Origin: Eledone cirrhosa
Taxonomy: Eukaryota
Direction: 5' to 3'
NCBI GenBank assembly: GCA_964016885.1
Contig: OZ024756.1
Coordinates: 11,594,001-11,658,000, forward strand
Length of the DNA: 64,000 nucleotides
The position numbers and the translations under genes were made by a program. Positions within the stretch are counted from its first letter, which is position 1; each line of letters starts with the position of its first letter. The notes beneath the pieces are model-generated. The model did not search any database, was not told the DNA's origin, and worked only from the letters and a program-made list of their open reading frames with translations. Below are positions 1 to 14,085 of the stretch, piece by piece.

Positions 1-317
1 TGAAATATTAAATACTTAAAGTGTTTTTTCCCTGTATTCTGTGAGCAGTTTGAATATATGTGAACATATGGGACTGTGTATAATTGTGTATAATTGTATA
101 TACCCTTTATATATATGATATAAAGAAGGAACTATGCTATCTATGTATGGGAGTGGGGATAGAGGGTGTATATTAAAAGATTGACATGTGTATAGAATGT
201 AAATATAAATAGTTTTTGTAAGTTATGTGTCAGATTTTATAAACTCCTTTCAGGTCTTTCTTTTTCACTTCATTTCTTGAAGAAAGAGAAAGTAAGACAG
301 TTTTATTGGGAAGTTAA

Positions 318-553
318 ACACAGAGAGAGAGAGAGAGTGGACAGACGATGTGGGAGAGAGAGGGGGAGACAAACATACAATGTGAGAGAGAGAGGGGGGA
401 CAAACAGACAATGTGAGAGAGAGAGGGGGGGACAAACAGATACTGTGAGAGAGAGAAAGAGAGAGATAGGGGAGACAATGTGAGAGAGAAAGAGAGAGGG
501 GACAGACAGACAGACAATGTGAGAGAGAGAGAAAGAGATAGGGGAGGCAGAGA

Positions 554-596
<43 letters not shown>

Positions 597-797
597 TGTG
601 AGATGCATTGAGAGAGAGAGAGAGAGAGAATGTGTGAGATGCATTGTGAGAGAGAGAGAGGAAGAGAGAGATATGGGAGACAGACACAATGTATGTGAGG
701 GAGTGAGATAGGGGAGAAAGAGAGAGACAGTGTGGTAGAGAGAGAGACACTGTGTGGGAAAGGGAGGGAGATAATGTGTGAGAGGGATGGGGAGAGA

Positions 798-836
<39 letters not shown>

Positions 837-860
837 TAGGGGAGAGAGGGGGAGAGAAAT
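318..860. repeat. (GA)n-rich degenerate microsatellite with (GT)n end
   Basis: GAGAGA runs interrupted by GACA/ACAATGT motifs; (GT)n at about 801-834. Confidence 0.9.
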
Positions 861-944
861 TAGATAAGGTTGCTTAGACAAAAGAACTATTCTGTGGGGG
901 TTGTATTAGTGTGTGTTAGTGTGTGTGTGTGGCTATGCAAGTGT

Positions 945-1624
945 ATGTGTGTTAAGTGCTGTGATTGTGTGTGTATGTGTGTGTTAGGTGCCGTGATTGT
1001 GTGTGTGTGTGTGTTAGGTGCTGTGATTGTGTGTGTATGTGTGTGTTAGGTGCCGTGATTGTGTGTGTTAGGTGCTGTGATTGTGTGTGTGTTAGGTGCT
1101 GTGATTGTGTGTGTGTGTGTGTGTTAGGTGCCGTGATTGTGTGTGATTGTGTGTGTTAGGTGCTGTGATTGTGTGTGTTAGGTGCTGTGATTGTGTGTGT
1201 GTTAGGTGCCGTGATTGTGTGTGTGTATGTGTGTGTGTTAGGTGCCGTGATTGTGTGTGTATGTGTGTGTTAGGTGCTGTGATTGTGTATGTGTTAGGTG
1301 CTGTGATTGTGTATGTGTTAGGTGCTGTGATTGTGTGTGTGTGTGTTAGGTGCTGTGATTGTGTATGTGTGTGTGTGTTAGGTGCCGTGATTGTGTGTGT
1401 GTGTGTGTTAGGTGCCGTGATTGTGTGTGTGTTAGGTGCTGTGATTGTGTGTGTGTGTTAGGTGCTGTGATTGTGTGTGTGTTAGGTGCTGTGATTGTGT
1501 GTGTGTGTTAGGTGCTGTGATTGTGTGTGTGTGTTAGGTGCTGTGATTGTGTGTGTGTGTTAGGTGCTGTGATTGTGTGTGTGTTAGGTGCTGTGATTGT
1601 GTGTGTGTGTGTGTTAGGTGCTGT

Positions 1625-1667
<43 letters not shown>

Positions 1668-1975
1668 GCTGTGTGTGTGTGTGTGTGTGTTGCTGTGATT
1701 GTGTGTGTTAGGTGCTGTGATTGTGTGTGTGTTAGGTGCTGTGATTGTGTGTGTGTGTGTGTGTGTATTAGGTGCTGTGATTGTGTGTGTGTGTGTGTGT
1801 ATTAGGTGCTGTGATTGTGTGTGTGTGTGTGTGTGTGTGTATTAGGTGCTGTGATTGTGTGTGTGTGTTAGGTGCTGTGATTGTGTGTGTGTGTGGTGCT
1901 GTGATTGTGTGTGTGTCTGTGTGGTGCTGTGATTGTGTGTGTGTGTGTGGTGCTCTGATTGTGTGTGTGTGTGTG
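945..1975. repeat. Minisatellite TTAGGTGC(T/C)GTGATT(GT)n
   Basis: Constant 15-bp core repeated many times with a variable-length (GT)n linker. Confidence 0.95.
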
Positions 1976-2340
1976 TATGAACTATGTCATTGTGTGTGTG
2001 TGTATGAACTATGTGTGTGTCTGTGTTACTGCAATGGTGAATGAAATTCTTGCAACCCCCCCCCCCCCCCACACACACCACCAGCTTTCTTTCCCTTTTT
2101 TCCTTTTATCACTCCTCCTCCCCTCTCTCTCATTCTCTCCATCTCTCTAACTTCCTCTCTCCTTCTTTCACCCTCCCCCTTCTCTTCCTCCTCCCTCTCC
2201 TCCAACATGTCATATTAACATGTCTAGACTTCCTGCAGGCAGTTTCTATAACCTACTGCCTCTCTTATTTTATTTACTCATTTCTCTTGTTGTTGTTGTT
2301 GTAGTAATAGAGGTGGTTGTTGTTTCTTGTGACTAAATAT

Positions 2341-3030
2341 CACCACCACTACCACACCACCACCACTACCACATCACTACACCGCCACCTCACCACCACC
2401 ACTACTACCACACCACCACCACTACCACATCACTACCACAACACCACCACCACTACTACCACACCACCACCACTACCACATCACTACACCGCCACCTCAC
2501 CACCACTACCACAACACCACCACTACCACAACACCACCACTACCACACCACCACCACTACCACATCACTACACCGCCACCTCACCACCGCTACCTCACTA
2601 CCACACCGCCACTACCACAACACCACCACTACCACATCACTACACCACCACCTCACCACCGCTACCTCACTACCACTACCTCACTACCACACCACCACTA
2701 CCACAACACCACCACTACCACATCACCACCACTACCACATCACTACACCGCCACCTCACCACCGCTACCTCACTACCGCACCGCCACTACCACACCACCA
2801 CCACTACCCACATCACTACACCGCCACCTTCACCACTGCTACCTCACTACCACACCACCACTACCACAACACCACCACTACCACATCACTACACCGCCAC
2901 CTCACCACCACTACCACACCACCACCACCACACCACCACTACCACCATCTCACTACCACTACCACACCACCACTACCACCATCTCACTACCACCACCACC
3001 ACCACCACCACCACCACTACCACACCACCA
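2341..3030. repeat. CAC/CTA low-complexity tandem repeat
   Basis: Recurrent caccactaccacatcactacaccgccacctcaccac units. Confidence 0.9.
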
Positions 3031-3113
3031 CTTCTGACACAGGATCCACTGGAGGGAGTGTTTCAGGACTCTCCCTCCACGACCCTCTCAGGAATAAGTG
3101 GGCGAAGAAGAAG
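3031..3113 (+). mobile_element. Short 3' tail fragment of RTE LINE (same family as 9010-9697)
   Basis: cttctgac...ggagtgttt...ggactct...ctcag(g/a)aataagtgggcgaagaaga aligns by eye to 9613-9692. Confidence 0.7.
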
Positions 3114-3126
3114 AGAGAGAAAATAG

Positions 3127-3963
<837 letters not shown>

Positions 3964-4186
3964 TACAAAATGGAAGTGGTTGGCAGTGAAGTCTCCGTAT
4001 TTTGATGTCATCTGTGTCTCTATGTTATGGATGCTGGTTGTGGTAGTAGTATTAGTGGTGGTGGTAATAGTAATATCAGTAGTAGTAGTAGTAGTAGTAG
4101 GAGGAGGAGGGGGGGGGGATTAGTAAATAAAAATATAAAAATAAAACAGAAGACAACAGATAAAAAAAACTACAGAAATATATAGC

Positions 4187-4246
<60 letters not shown>

Positions 4247-5032
4247 TTTAGCTGTGTATTTGTTCCTTAATTACCTGGTTGTGAATTTTTATTAGCTAAA
4301 GTGTTGAGTGACTTCAGAAATGTTTAGACTAATGTTCACAGACACACAGAGACACATACTCACACACACACACACACACACATACATGAATAGACACATG
4401 CATGCATAGACACACACAAACACATATACATACACTACAGACATACACATCACTCATACATATACATCAGACACACACTCAACACAGCACACATACATGA
4501 ACACACACATACATGAATAGACACATTCATGCATAGACACACACAAACACATATACATACATACAGACATACACATCACTCATACATATACACACACACA
4601 CACAAATATATCCCTTCCTGATTGTTTAGTACCCCCCCCCCCCCCCCCCGCTTCCATTCAATCTATTTTCCTATAAACATTCTAAAATTCATCATGAAAT
4701 AAATAAGATGGTGATAATACTAATAAAAATAATAACAATAATGATTAAAATATAAAAGAAAACAAATATGAAAGAAAAGAAAGAAAAGGTGATGAGGTTC
4801 AATTTAATTCTGAAGGTCAATTAATTACTATGATCTCTTTATTTTGAAAACCTCGTCTTTTTTTAATTGATTGTATTTATTTATTCTACTACAGACTCTG
4901 CCATTTCTTAGTTTCAAGTTTTATCATTCTTTATTGAGGTGGTGGGGGTGGTTTTGGTTCTGTTTGTTCTCTGTAATGTTTATGTCAGTGGATTAATATC
5001 TGCTTCAAGATGATATATATATATAGCACCAA

Positions 5033-5075
<43 letters not shown>

Positions 5076-5078
<3 letters not shown>

Positions 5079-5265
5079 GGAGGTGAGTTTTATTGTAGTA
5101 CAATATGTTGACTTAAAACTGAACTATACACAAGTGTTTTTTAACCTTCATATCATGTCCTCCTGTTTTATCTGATGAAAACACAAATATTATTGCATGA
5201 TGATATTTGTTTTTGAAATGCGCATAATAAAATACATGGAACTCTTTTAACCATCTTTTGTTCTT
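5076..5265 (+). mobile_element. Penelope-like pLTR-derived short element carrying a hammerhead (family A), in (TA)n
   Basis: Reverse complement matches 32321-32592 and 37045-37272; 5' 30 bp is the inverted 'tail'; contains a hammerhead core. Confidence 0.7.
5164..5235 (+). ncRNA. Type I hammerhead ribozyme with palindromic stem III
   Basis: tgttttat-CTGATGA(5172-5178)-long stem II (aaacacaaatattat/atgatatttgttttt)-GAAA(5215-5218)-tgcgca-TA|ataaaatac; predicted cleavage after 5226. Confidence 0.85.
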
Positions 5266-5427
5266 ATATATATATATATTGTTATGCTTTGGGAGGGTCA
5301 TGTTGCCAATAAGAAACACACGCACCAGATGCTTTCACTTCAATTTATTATAAATTAAATTTATAAATTTTCGGTTGGTTGGTTGGTTCCACAACCAGAC
5401 GATTGTTCATATATTGTCAAATATATA

Positions 5428-5565
5428 CATCCAGCCGTAGAAAACCCGCCAGACAGTCCTAGGCGAGCAAGACAACCACTCTTGCCTCAAGTGGGAAAAC
5501 TCCCGTCTAAACCCATGCAAGCGTGGAAGATGGACCTTAAATGATGATGATGATGGTGATGGTGA

Positions 5566-5567
<2 letters not shown>
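5428..5567 (+). mobile_element. RTE-tail-type short non-autonomous retroelement fragment
   Basis: catccagccgtagaaaa...gcaagcgtggaagatggac.ttaaatgatgatg; near-identical to 61435-61592 and related to the reverse complement of 21835-22095. Confidence 0.7.
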
Positions 5568-5625
<58 letters not shown>

Positions 5626-5786
5626 CACTTTCTTTTGTACATTCAATGTTATTTACTTTCACTACTTTTTACTTGGTTTTAAGTCATTTACTGTGACCAT
5701 GCTGGGGTAGGGTTGTGTGTGAAAAAGGCCACATATTTTTTTTAGTTGTACACACACACACACACAACACACAACACACAACACAC

Positions 5787-5825
<39 letters not shown>

Positions 5826-5921
5826 TGAGGATAACAGTGGTGGTGAAAGTTGAGTGACAGGAGAAAGACTCATTAAAAACAGAACATGGTAAACAAATGA
5901 TGCTGAACAGGCAACATTATG

Positions 5922-6068
5922 ATGGCGTATAGAGTTACGGCCCTTGCCATTCTGAGCTCAAATCCCGCCGAGGTTAACTTTGCCTTTCATCCTTACGGGG
6001 TCGATAAAATAAAGTACCAGTAATACACTGGGTAATTGCTGGTTTTGTGCCAAAAGTGGAAACAATTA
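5922..6068 (+). mobile_element. SINE family 2, partial copy
   Basis: gcctttcatccttacggggtcgataaaataaagtaccag core plus ggccttgtgccaaaagtagaaac-type tail. Confidence 0.8.
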
Positions 6069-6175
6069 TGATGTTGGCAACCAACCAAGCGCAAGAATTC
6101 TTTCTAACAAATAAATTATGTGTATCATTGAAGATAAGATAAATACAGGTATACATATGGCAGTCTTTTAGTTTC

Positions 6176-8944
6176 AACACACAAGCAGGTAATACATACA
6201 TCTAGGACCACATACAACACACAAGCAGGTAATACATACATCTAGAACCACATACAACACACAAGCAGGTAATACATACATCTAGGACCACATACAACAC
6301 ACAAGCAGGTAATACATACATCTAGGACCAAATACAACACACAAGCAGGTAATACATGTATCTAGGATCACATACAACACACAAGCAGGTAATACATGCA
6401 TCTAGGATCACATACAACACACAAGCAGGTAATACATACATCTAGGACCACATACAACACACAAGCAGGTAATACATACATCTAGGACCACATACAACAC
6501 ACAAGCAGGTAATACATACGTCTAGGACCACATACAACACACAAGCAGGTAATACATACATCTAGGACCACATACAACACACAAGCAGGTAATACATACA
6601 GCTAGGACCACATACAACACACAAGCAGGTAATACACACATCTAGGACCACATACAACACACAAGCAGGTAATACACACATCTAGGACCACATACAACAC
6701 ACAAGCAGGTAATACATACATCTAGGACCACATACAACACACCAGCAGGTAATACATGCATCTAGGATCACATACAACACACAAGCAGGTAATACATACA
6801 TCTAGGACCACATACAACACACAAGCAGGTAATACATACGTCTAGGACCACATACAACACACAAGCAGGTAATACATACATCTAGGACCACATACAACAC
6901 ACAAGCAGGTAATACATGCATCTAGGATCACATACAACACACAAGCAGGTAATACATACATCTAGGACCACATACAACACACAAGCAGGTAATACATACA
7001 TCTAGGACCACATACAACACACAAACAGGTAATACAACATCTAGGAACACATACAACACACAAGCAGGTAATACATACATCTAGGACCACATACGACACA
7101 CAAGCAGGTAATACATACATCTAGGACCACATACAACACACAAGCAGGTAATACATACATCTAGGACCACATACAACACACCAGCAGGTAATACATACAT
7201 CTAGGACCACATACAACACACAAGCAGGTAATACATACATCTAGGACCACATACAACACACAAGCAGGTAATACACACATCTAGGACCACATACAACACA
7301 CAAGCAGGTAATACACACATCTAGGACCACATACAACACACAAGCAGGTAATACATACATCTAGGACCACATACAACACACAAGCAGGTAATACAACATC
7401 TAGGAACACATACAACACACAAGCAGGTAATACATACATCTAGGACCACATACGACACACAAGCAGGTAATACATACATCTAGGACCACATACAACACAC
7501 AAGCAGGTAATACATACATCTAGGACCACATACAACACACAAGCAGGTAATACATACATCTAGGACCACATACAACACACAAGCAGGTAATACATACATC
7601 TAGGACCACATACAACACACAAGCAGGAAATACATACATCTAGGACCACATACGACACTCAAGCAGGTAATACATACATCTAGGACCACATATAACACAC
7701 AAGCAGGTAATACATACATCTAGGACCACATACAACACACAAGCAGGTAATACACACATCTAGGACCACATACAACACACAAGCAGGTAATACATACATC
7801 TAGGACCACATACAACACACAAGCAGGTAATACAACATCTAGGAACACATACAACACACAAGCAGGTAATACATACATCTAGGACCACATACGACACACA
7901 AGCAGGTAATACATACATCTAGGACCACATACAACACACAAGCAGGTAATACAAACATCTAGGACCACATACAACACACAAGCAGGTAATACATACATCT
8001 AGGACCACATACAACACACAAGCAGGAAATACATACATCTAGGACCACATACGACACTCAAGCAGGTAATACATACATCTAGGACCACATATAACACACA
8101 AGCAGGTAATACATACATCTAGGACCACATACGACACACAAGCAGGTAATACAACATCTAGGACCACATACAACACACAAGCAGGTAATACATACATCTA
8201 GGACCACATACAACACACAAGCAGGTAATACATACATCTAGGACCACATATAACACACAAGCAGGTAATACATACATCTAGGACCACATATAACACACAA
8301 GCAGGTAATACATACATCTAGGACCACATACAACACACAAGCAGGTAATACATACATCTAGGACCACATCCGACACTCAAGCAGGTAATACATACATCTA
8401 GGACCACATACAACACACAAGCAGGTAATACATACATCTAGGACCACATACAACACACAAGCAGGTAATACATACATCTAGGACCACATACAACACACAA
8501 GCAGGTAATACATACATCTAGGACCACATACAACACATAGAACACACAAGCAGGTAATACATACACCTAGGACCACATACAACACACAAGCAGGTAATAC
8601 ATACATCTAGGACCACATACAACACACAAGCAGGTAATACATACATCTAGGACCACATACAACACACAAGCAGGTAATACATACATCTAGGACTACATAC
8701 AACACACAAGCAGGTAATACATACATCTAGGACCACATACGACACACAAGCAGGTAATACATACATCTAGGACCACATACAACACACAAGCAGGTAATAC
8801 ACACATCTAGGACCACATACGACACACAAGCAGGTAATACATACATCTAGGACTACATACAACACACAAGCAGGAAATACATACATCTAGGACCACATAC
8901 AACACACAAGCAGGTAATACATACATCTAGGACCACATACAACA
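6176..8944. repeat. 40-bp satellite/minisatellite, about 69 copies
   Basis: Unit caacacacaagcaggtaatacatacatctaggaccacata, highly homogeneous. Confidence 0.98.
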
Positions 8945-9009
8945 AAAGTTAGACATATGTGTGTGTGTGTGTGTCTCCTTTCTTCCTTTCACACAAACAC
9001 ACACCCACA

Positions 9010-9697
9010 TTGTGTGACGGAGAGATGTACAGAAGTCGCTCAAATTTATATACGTGAATGGAGTTCCACTGAAGCAGGTGGAGAAGTTCAAATATCTCGG
9101 GGCTGTATTCACATGTAGTCGAAGGCGGGGGGCTGAATTAAGTGCAAGAATTGCAAAAGCTGATGCAGTAATGCACCAACTTCAGCATTCGGTAAACAGA
9201 AGGGAAGTAGGTGTAAATGCCAAACTCTCTGTCTTCCTGGTATTCCTGCGAGCACTTACCTAGGGTCAAGAATCTTGGGTAATGGCTTGAAAGAATACAA
9301 TCGCAAATACAAGCGGCTGAAATGGGGCTCCTTTGAAGGGTCTTTGGAGTAACTTTAGTTGATAAAGTGCATAGCTTGGAGATCAGAGAGTCTCTCCAGG
9401 TAGAGCTGCTACTTCTCCAGATTGAGAGATCACAGCTCAGATACTATGGACATGTGGTTAGAATGTCTCAGGAAAGAATCGCTAGACAAATTTTACAGGC
9501 AAAACCAACCGGCAGGTGACCCAGGGGTAGACCCTGAGCAAAATAGTTGGATACATCCATGAGCTTGGCTGGTCTCGCTTGGGGATCCAGCTGAATCAGT
9601 TAGAGATGTTTGCTTCTGACAGACTCGCTGGAAGGAGTGTTTGAGGAGGACTCTGCTCCCACGAGCCCCTCAGAAATAAGTGGGCGAAGAAGATGAT
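9010..9697 (+). mobile_element. 5'-truncated, decayed RTE-clade LINE (RT C-terminus and thumb)
   Basis: NGVPLKQVEKFKYLG motif, later YYGHVVRM and GR*PRGRP motifs, with stops and frameshifts; gaagatgatg tail. Confidence 0.85.
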
Positions 9698-10031
9698 GTT
9701 GTCAATTTACTTTTCAATTTACATATCGTGTCTATATGCGTATATATATTTGCGCATAATACCAATACGCACACTACATATAAAGTTAGTTCCACATCAA
9801 ATTAGTAAACCATACTTGAGGACGCGCATTCGGTGAATCGCATGTCCTCGAGTAAGGTTGGGTAACATGTTGCGGAACTAATCTTATACCAAACTCCTCC
9901 TATGGACTGAAAGCTATACTTACTAACGCTGTTTTATCACTATATATATATATTAAAAAAAATCATTTTAGGTCCACTTTTCCCTGCTTGCAAGGGTGGG
10001 ACAAATATATAAGTATATGTAAATATATATA

Positions 10032-10363
10032 TCATCATCATTTTACGTCAGCTTTTACCTGCTTGCAAGGGTGGGGTGGGAACTGATTCTGGCTTGATTT
10101 CTACAGCTGGATGCCCTTCCTAACACCAACCTTATTTACAGTGAGTGTTGGGTGCTTTTTTGCTGTGGAACCTCCACGACCACTTTGCAGTGGAATGATA
10201 GGGACCCCAGTCCCTATCATCTCATTTCTACAGCTGAGTAAACTGGAGCAATGTGAAATAAAGTGTCTTGCTCAAGGAAACAACACATCACTCGGTCTGA
10301 GAATTGAACTCACAACCTTTCGATTGCAAGCCCAATGCTCTAACCACTAAGCCATGTGCCTCC
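10032..10363 (-). mobile_element. SINE family 1 (tRNA head, CORE-like body, RTE-type tail), full length
   Basis: A box TGGCTTAGTGG, B box GAGTTCAATTC, ccttgagcaagacactt body, (ATG)n tail; seven near-identical copies in window. Confidence 0.9.
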
Positions 10364-10849
10364 ATCATATATATATTCATTCATTCATTCATTCATTTAT
10401 TCTAAGTGGTAAGTCTTATTACTCTGGAGTTTCACTATTTAGCCATGATAAAGAATATTTAAACTCTATTTTTGCATTGAGTACTCTTTCTCATGTCAGC
10501 CATTGCTGTCTTGATCTTCTTGCTCAATGTTTACATGACTGTAATAAAAACAGTTCAACACTTGTCTAGGAATATCTTCAGATATTTGGAACTATCAACC
10601 AGACTATGGATTAATTAGTTTCTTTTATAAAATAGGGAAAAGAAAAGGATATATCTATTGCTGTTTCCATTTCTGTTGCTGCTGGTCACAGTTCCTGGGA
10701 AGAGGAACTCTGTAAAATAAACTATTTTCTTCAAGAACAATATACTGCTTGATCTAGGAATTGAACTCTCAGAAGAAATCAATGTAGGTTTTAGGTGGCT
10801 TCCTATGAGGTTGTGTCTCATAAGTTTCTAGGGTCTTTTAATGATAGAG

Positions 10850-11150
10850 GGGGAAGGTGCATGACTTTGTGGTTACGGTACTGGTTTCATGATTTTAAGG
10901 CTGTGAGTTTGATTCCCAGACCAAGCAATGTGTTGTGCCCTTGAGCAAGACACTTTATTTCTCTTTGCTTTAGTCCATTCAGTTGAAATAAAGAAATGAA
11001 TTATACATGTAATTCAAAGAGCCGGCCTTATTACACACATTGCATGATGTTGAATCTCGCCGAGAACTACATTAAGAGTATACGTGTCTGTGGAATGCTC
11101 AGCCACTTACATGTTAATTTCATGAGCTGGCTCTTCCATTGTTCTAACAG
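10850..11150 (+). mobile_element. Older SINE with family-1 head/body and a different 3' half
   Basis: gtgagtttgattcccagacc...ccttgagcaagacactttattt; 3' half shared with 54273-54570. Confidence 0.65.
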
Positions 11151-11926
11151 CTGGAACACTTGTGGTTGGAACCACTGGAGCTTTGACAATAAGGGCTTCG
11201 CTCCTATTATTGAAGTGCAACAAGAAATGGAGTGTCTTGTTCAAGAACCCCCCCCCCCCCCCTCGACTCAGGAACAGAAGGCAATAACCTCTGTGAGTCC
11301 AACACCTTAACCACTCAACATCCGTAAGGATGAAAGGCAAAGTCAACCTCGGCGGGATTTGAACTCAGATCGTAAAGGGACGTAAATATGCTGGAAAGCA
11401 TGGCGTCCGACCCTCTACCGATACTGCCAATCCATATGTATGTATGTATATATATATATATATATATATATAAATGAAGTAATTCCGTCGGAAAAGTCCA
11501 GGAAAAAAGAGTGCTCTATGTAGGTAACAGAGCTTAATAGTTATGTAATAAACAACATAAGGCAATTATTCCATTTACCAGTGGTTTCTGAAAAGCAAAA
11601 GATTTTGCTTTCAATCCTCAGAATGAAAAAATCCTGGTCTGTTTATTGAATTTGGATTTATATATATATATAATGGGACCCCCCCCCCCCATCTAGAAGC
11701 AGGATCTGTTGCTCCCACCCTACCACACTCCTTTAATATTTGTATGAGGGGTTGGGACCGGCTGTGTAGAGGGGTTGGGATCGCCTGTGTATGTAGACAG
11801 GAGTTGGCTTGATGGTTTGGAGATGAAATATTTCATATAATTCTCAGTCTTTCTAGCTTCAACAACAGGAAAAATAAAATAAATCAATCATTTTCGTTAT
11901 TTTTAAAACTCATTATTTTATTTATT

Positions 11927-11980
<54 letters not shown>

Positions 11981-12177
11981 TTTTTTTATTAGTTTCTTAA
12001 ACTAATTTCTTTTTTATCTTCTTTCTTTCAAAATAGAAAATTTTTTTTAAATGTTGAAAACCAAACAGAAAAACAAAATCAACATAAAAAAGAAAGATCA
12101 AATATTGTATTAAGTGGTCACTTGCAATTTTGTTCTCCTCCTTGTCATCATCATCATAATCATTATCATCAACGTAG

Positions 12178-12214
<37 letters not shown>

Positions 12215-12551
12215 GTTGTTTTTTTTTCCTATTTTTTTTTCCTAAATAAATGTTATGAATAAATATTTTGTCAGTATATGAAGTATAATAGCTTAATGTA
12301 GATTTATTGTTTGTCAGAGAGAAGTCAACAGATAATCTCCCTTCCCACTTATTGTTTTGTTATTTTTTCAAAAATTTCCACTTTGCATTTTAGAACAAAT
12401 TACAAAAAAAAAAAATGACAAACAAAAATACAAAAAACCATAAAATGATAAAAGAAATTCGTTTTTATTTTTCATTTTTTATTGTGTAATAATGTTGTTC
12501 TCATCTCTATCTATATATCTATATATATCTATATATATATATATATATATA

Positions 12552-12745
12552 AGGATTAAACCAGTTGTAAACTAGGTGGACCATTATTCAGCAGAGTACT
12601 TGATACTTGGGATAGTAGAGTGTGACTATATCACGAAAGAGCCCGATGGCTGAGCTGTTGCCATTTCAACAGCTAGTTTCAGACCTATGGAGTTATCTGT
12701 TGAAATGGCAAGAGCTCAGCTATTGGGCCCCAACTCTTTTTGATA
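12552..12745 (-). mobile_element. Fold-back palindrome plus tail element (family B), diverged copy
   Basis: Tail 12560-12625 matches the reverse complement of 52608-52680; imperfect inverted repeat 12625-12745 carrying GAAA-tggc...gcca-TC. Confidence 0.65.
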
Positions 12746-12825
12746 TAATATATATATATATATAAAAAGCAAGTATTGCACCAAGAAAAATAAAACGTTG
12801 GTGTGATGAGATTATGAATTTATTT

Positions 12826-12929
12826 GCTTTAACATATGTTTCCGTGTCTTTTATAATTGTCTACAGATGCTGACTACAATATATAGTATTCAACCATATG
12901 CAATACTTTATTACACTTCATCAGAAAGC
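12826..12929 (-). ncRNA. Type I hammerhead ribozyme with palindromic stem III
   Basis: Minus strand: gcttt-CTGATGA-agtgt...acacg-GAAA-catatg-TT|aaagc; stem I gcttt/aaagc. Confidence 0.75.
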
Positions 12930-12997
12930 TTATAGTAGTGGAATTCAACTGTTCACTACGCAGTAGAATTCAGTAACACTTATCATTATTAAATATA

Positions 12998-13429
12998 TCA
13001 TCATCATCATCATTTTACGTCCGCTTTTCCCTGCTTGCAAGGGTGGGACGGGTCTTATTCAGCACAGCATCTCTCCACTCGTCACGGTCCCTCGTCATCT
13101 CCGCCGTGAGCTTCAATGATCTGAGCTCTGTTCTCACCACCTCCGCCCATGTTTTTCGTGGTCTACCTCTACCACGTCTTCCTTCAACTGGCATTTCCTG
13201 GCACTTCTTCACCCATCGGTCATCCTCCATGCGCATCACATGTCCATACCACCTCAGTCTCCTCTCCCGTACACTACATTCTATCCCTCTCAGACACAGT
13301 TTCTCTCTCAACACATTTATGCTGGGTCGTTCACGCACATTTACACTGCACATCCAGCGGAGCATGCTTGCCTCATTTCTCTCCAGCCGTCGCATATCCT
13401 CTGCGGTTGCTGCCCTTGTCTCACTACCA

Positions 13430-13432
<3 letters not shown>
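12998..13432 (-). mobile_element. 5'-truncated RTE LINE 3' end
   Basis: HGSET...RRLRWYGHVMRM...GRRGRGRPRKTW...RDRDEWR protein motifs, then (ATG)n tail. Confidence 0.92.
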
Positions 13433-13499
<67 letters not shown>

Positions 13500-13654
13500 C
13501 TCTAGCCCGTTAGAAAGCTCAATGGAATCCAATATGATGAAAACCTACCACAGAAACAACTCCATCACCTGATATTGGAATTATTACTTTTGTACTACAT
13601 GGAGTTCTAACAATGGCCCAACCATAGACAAGTAAATACCAGTATCGTCATCAC

Positions 13655-14070
13655 CATCATCGTTTAACGTCCATCTTCCACGCTAGCATCGGTTGGACGG
13701 TTTTGTTCCATTTGATGCGGGAATGGTTGGGAGACCATGTCTCGCTCGTACGGAAGTGTCTCTGGCAGGTTTTTTTTACAGCTGGATGCCCTTCCTAACA
13801 CCAACCTCATTTACAGTGTGGACTGGGAGCCTTTTTAGTGTCTCTCCTACACCGCCACCTTACAGTGTGGACTGTTGTGTCATCGACACAGTGGACGGAA
13901 CGGGAGGGTGTGGTGGTGGAGTGTACATTGGGTTAAGAGGTGCCTACTTACTAGGTTTGTATGCAATGGCAGTCGGGTCTTCTGTACAACTGCATGGCGC
14001 CAAAGGTCTCGATCCAGTGTCATTGTCTTAGAGAGGTGTAATTGAGCAAGGTCAGTTTTTATCACCTCGT
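13655..14070 (-). mobile_element. RTE-tail non-autonomous element abutting a second RTE C-terminal fragment
   Basis: ggtgttaggaagggcatccagc motif and ggacgttaaacgatg tail; minus-strand peptide IKTDLAQLHLSKTMTLDRDLWRHAVVQKTR at about 13970-14065. Confidence 0.65.
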
Positions 14071-14085
14071 CTCAGAATGTATATA

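Noticed and set aside
945-1975. TTAGG telomere-like motif
   Set aside because: Occurs once per minisatellite unit, never as tandem (TTAGG)n or (TTAGGG)n
5340-5412. Minus-strand GAAA plus AT palindrome as a hammerhead remnant
   Set aside because: Core 5' strand absent and the palindrome is AT-only; could be chance
10111-10350. Recurrent 79-aa ORF MPFLTPT...QCSNH as a gene family
   Set aside because: It is the antisense reading of SINE family 1
11585-11626. Minus-strand CTGAGGA-tt-GAAA hammerhead-like motif
   Set aside because: No stem II and no stem I complementarity
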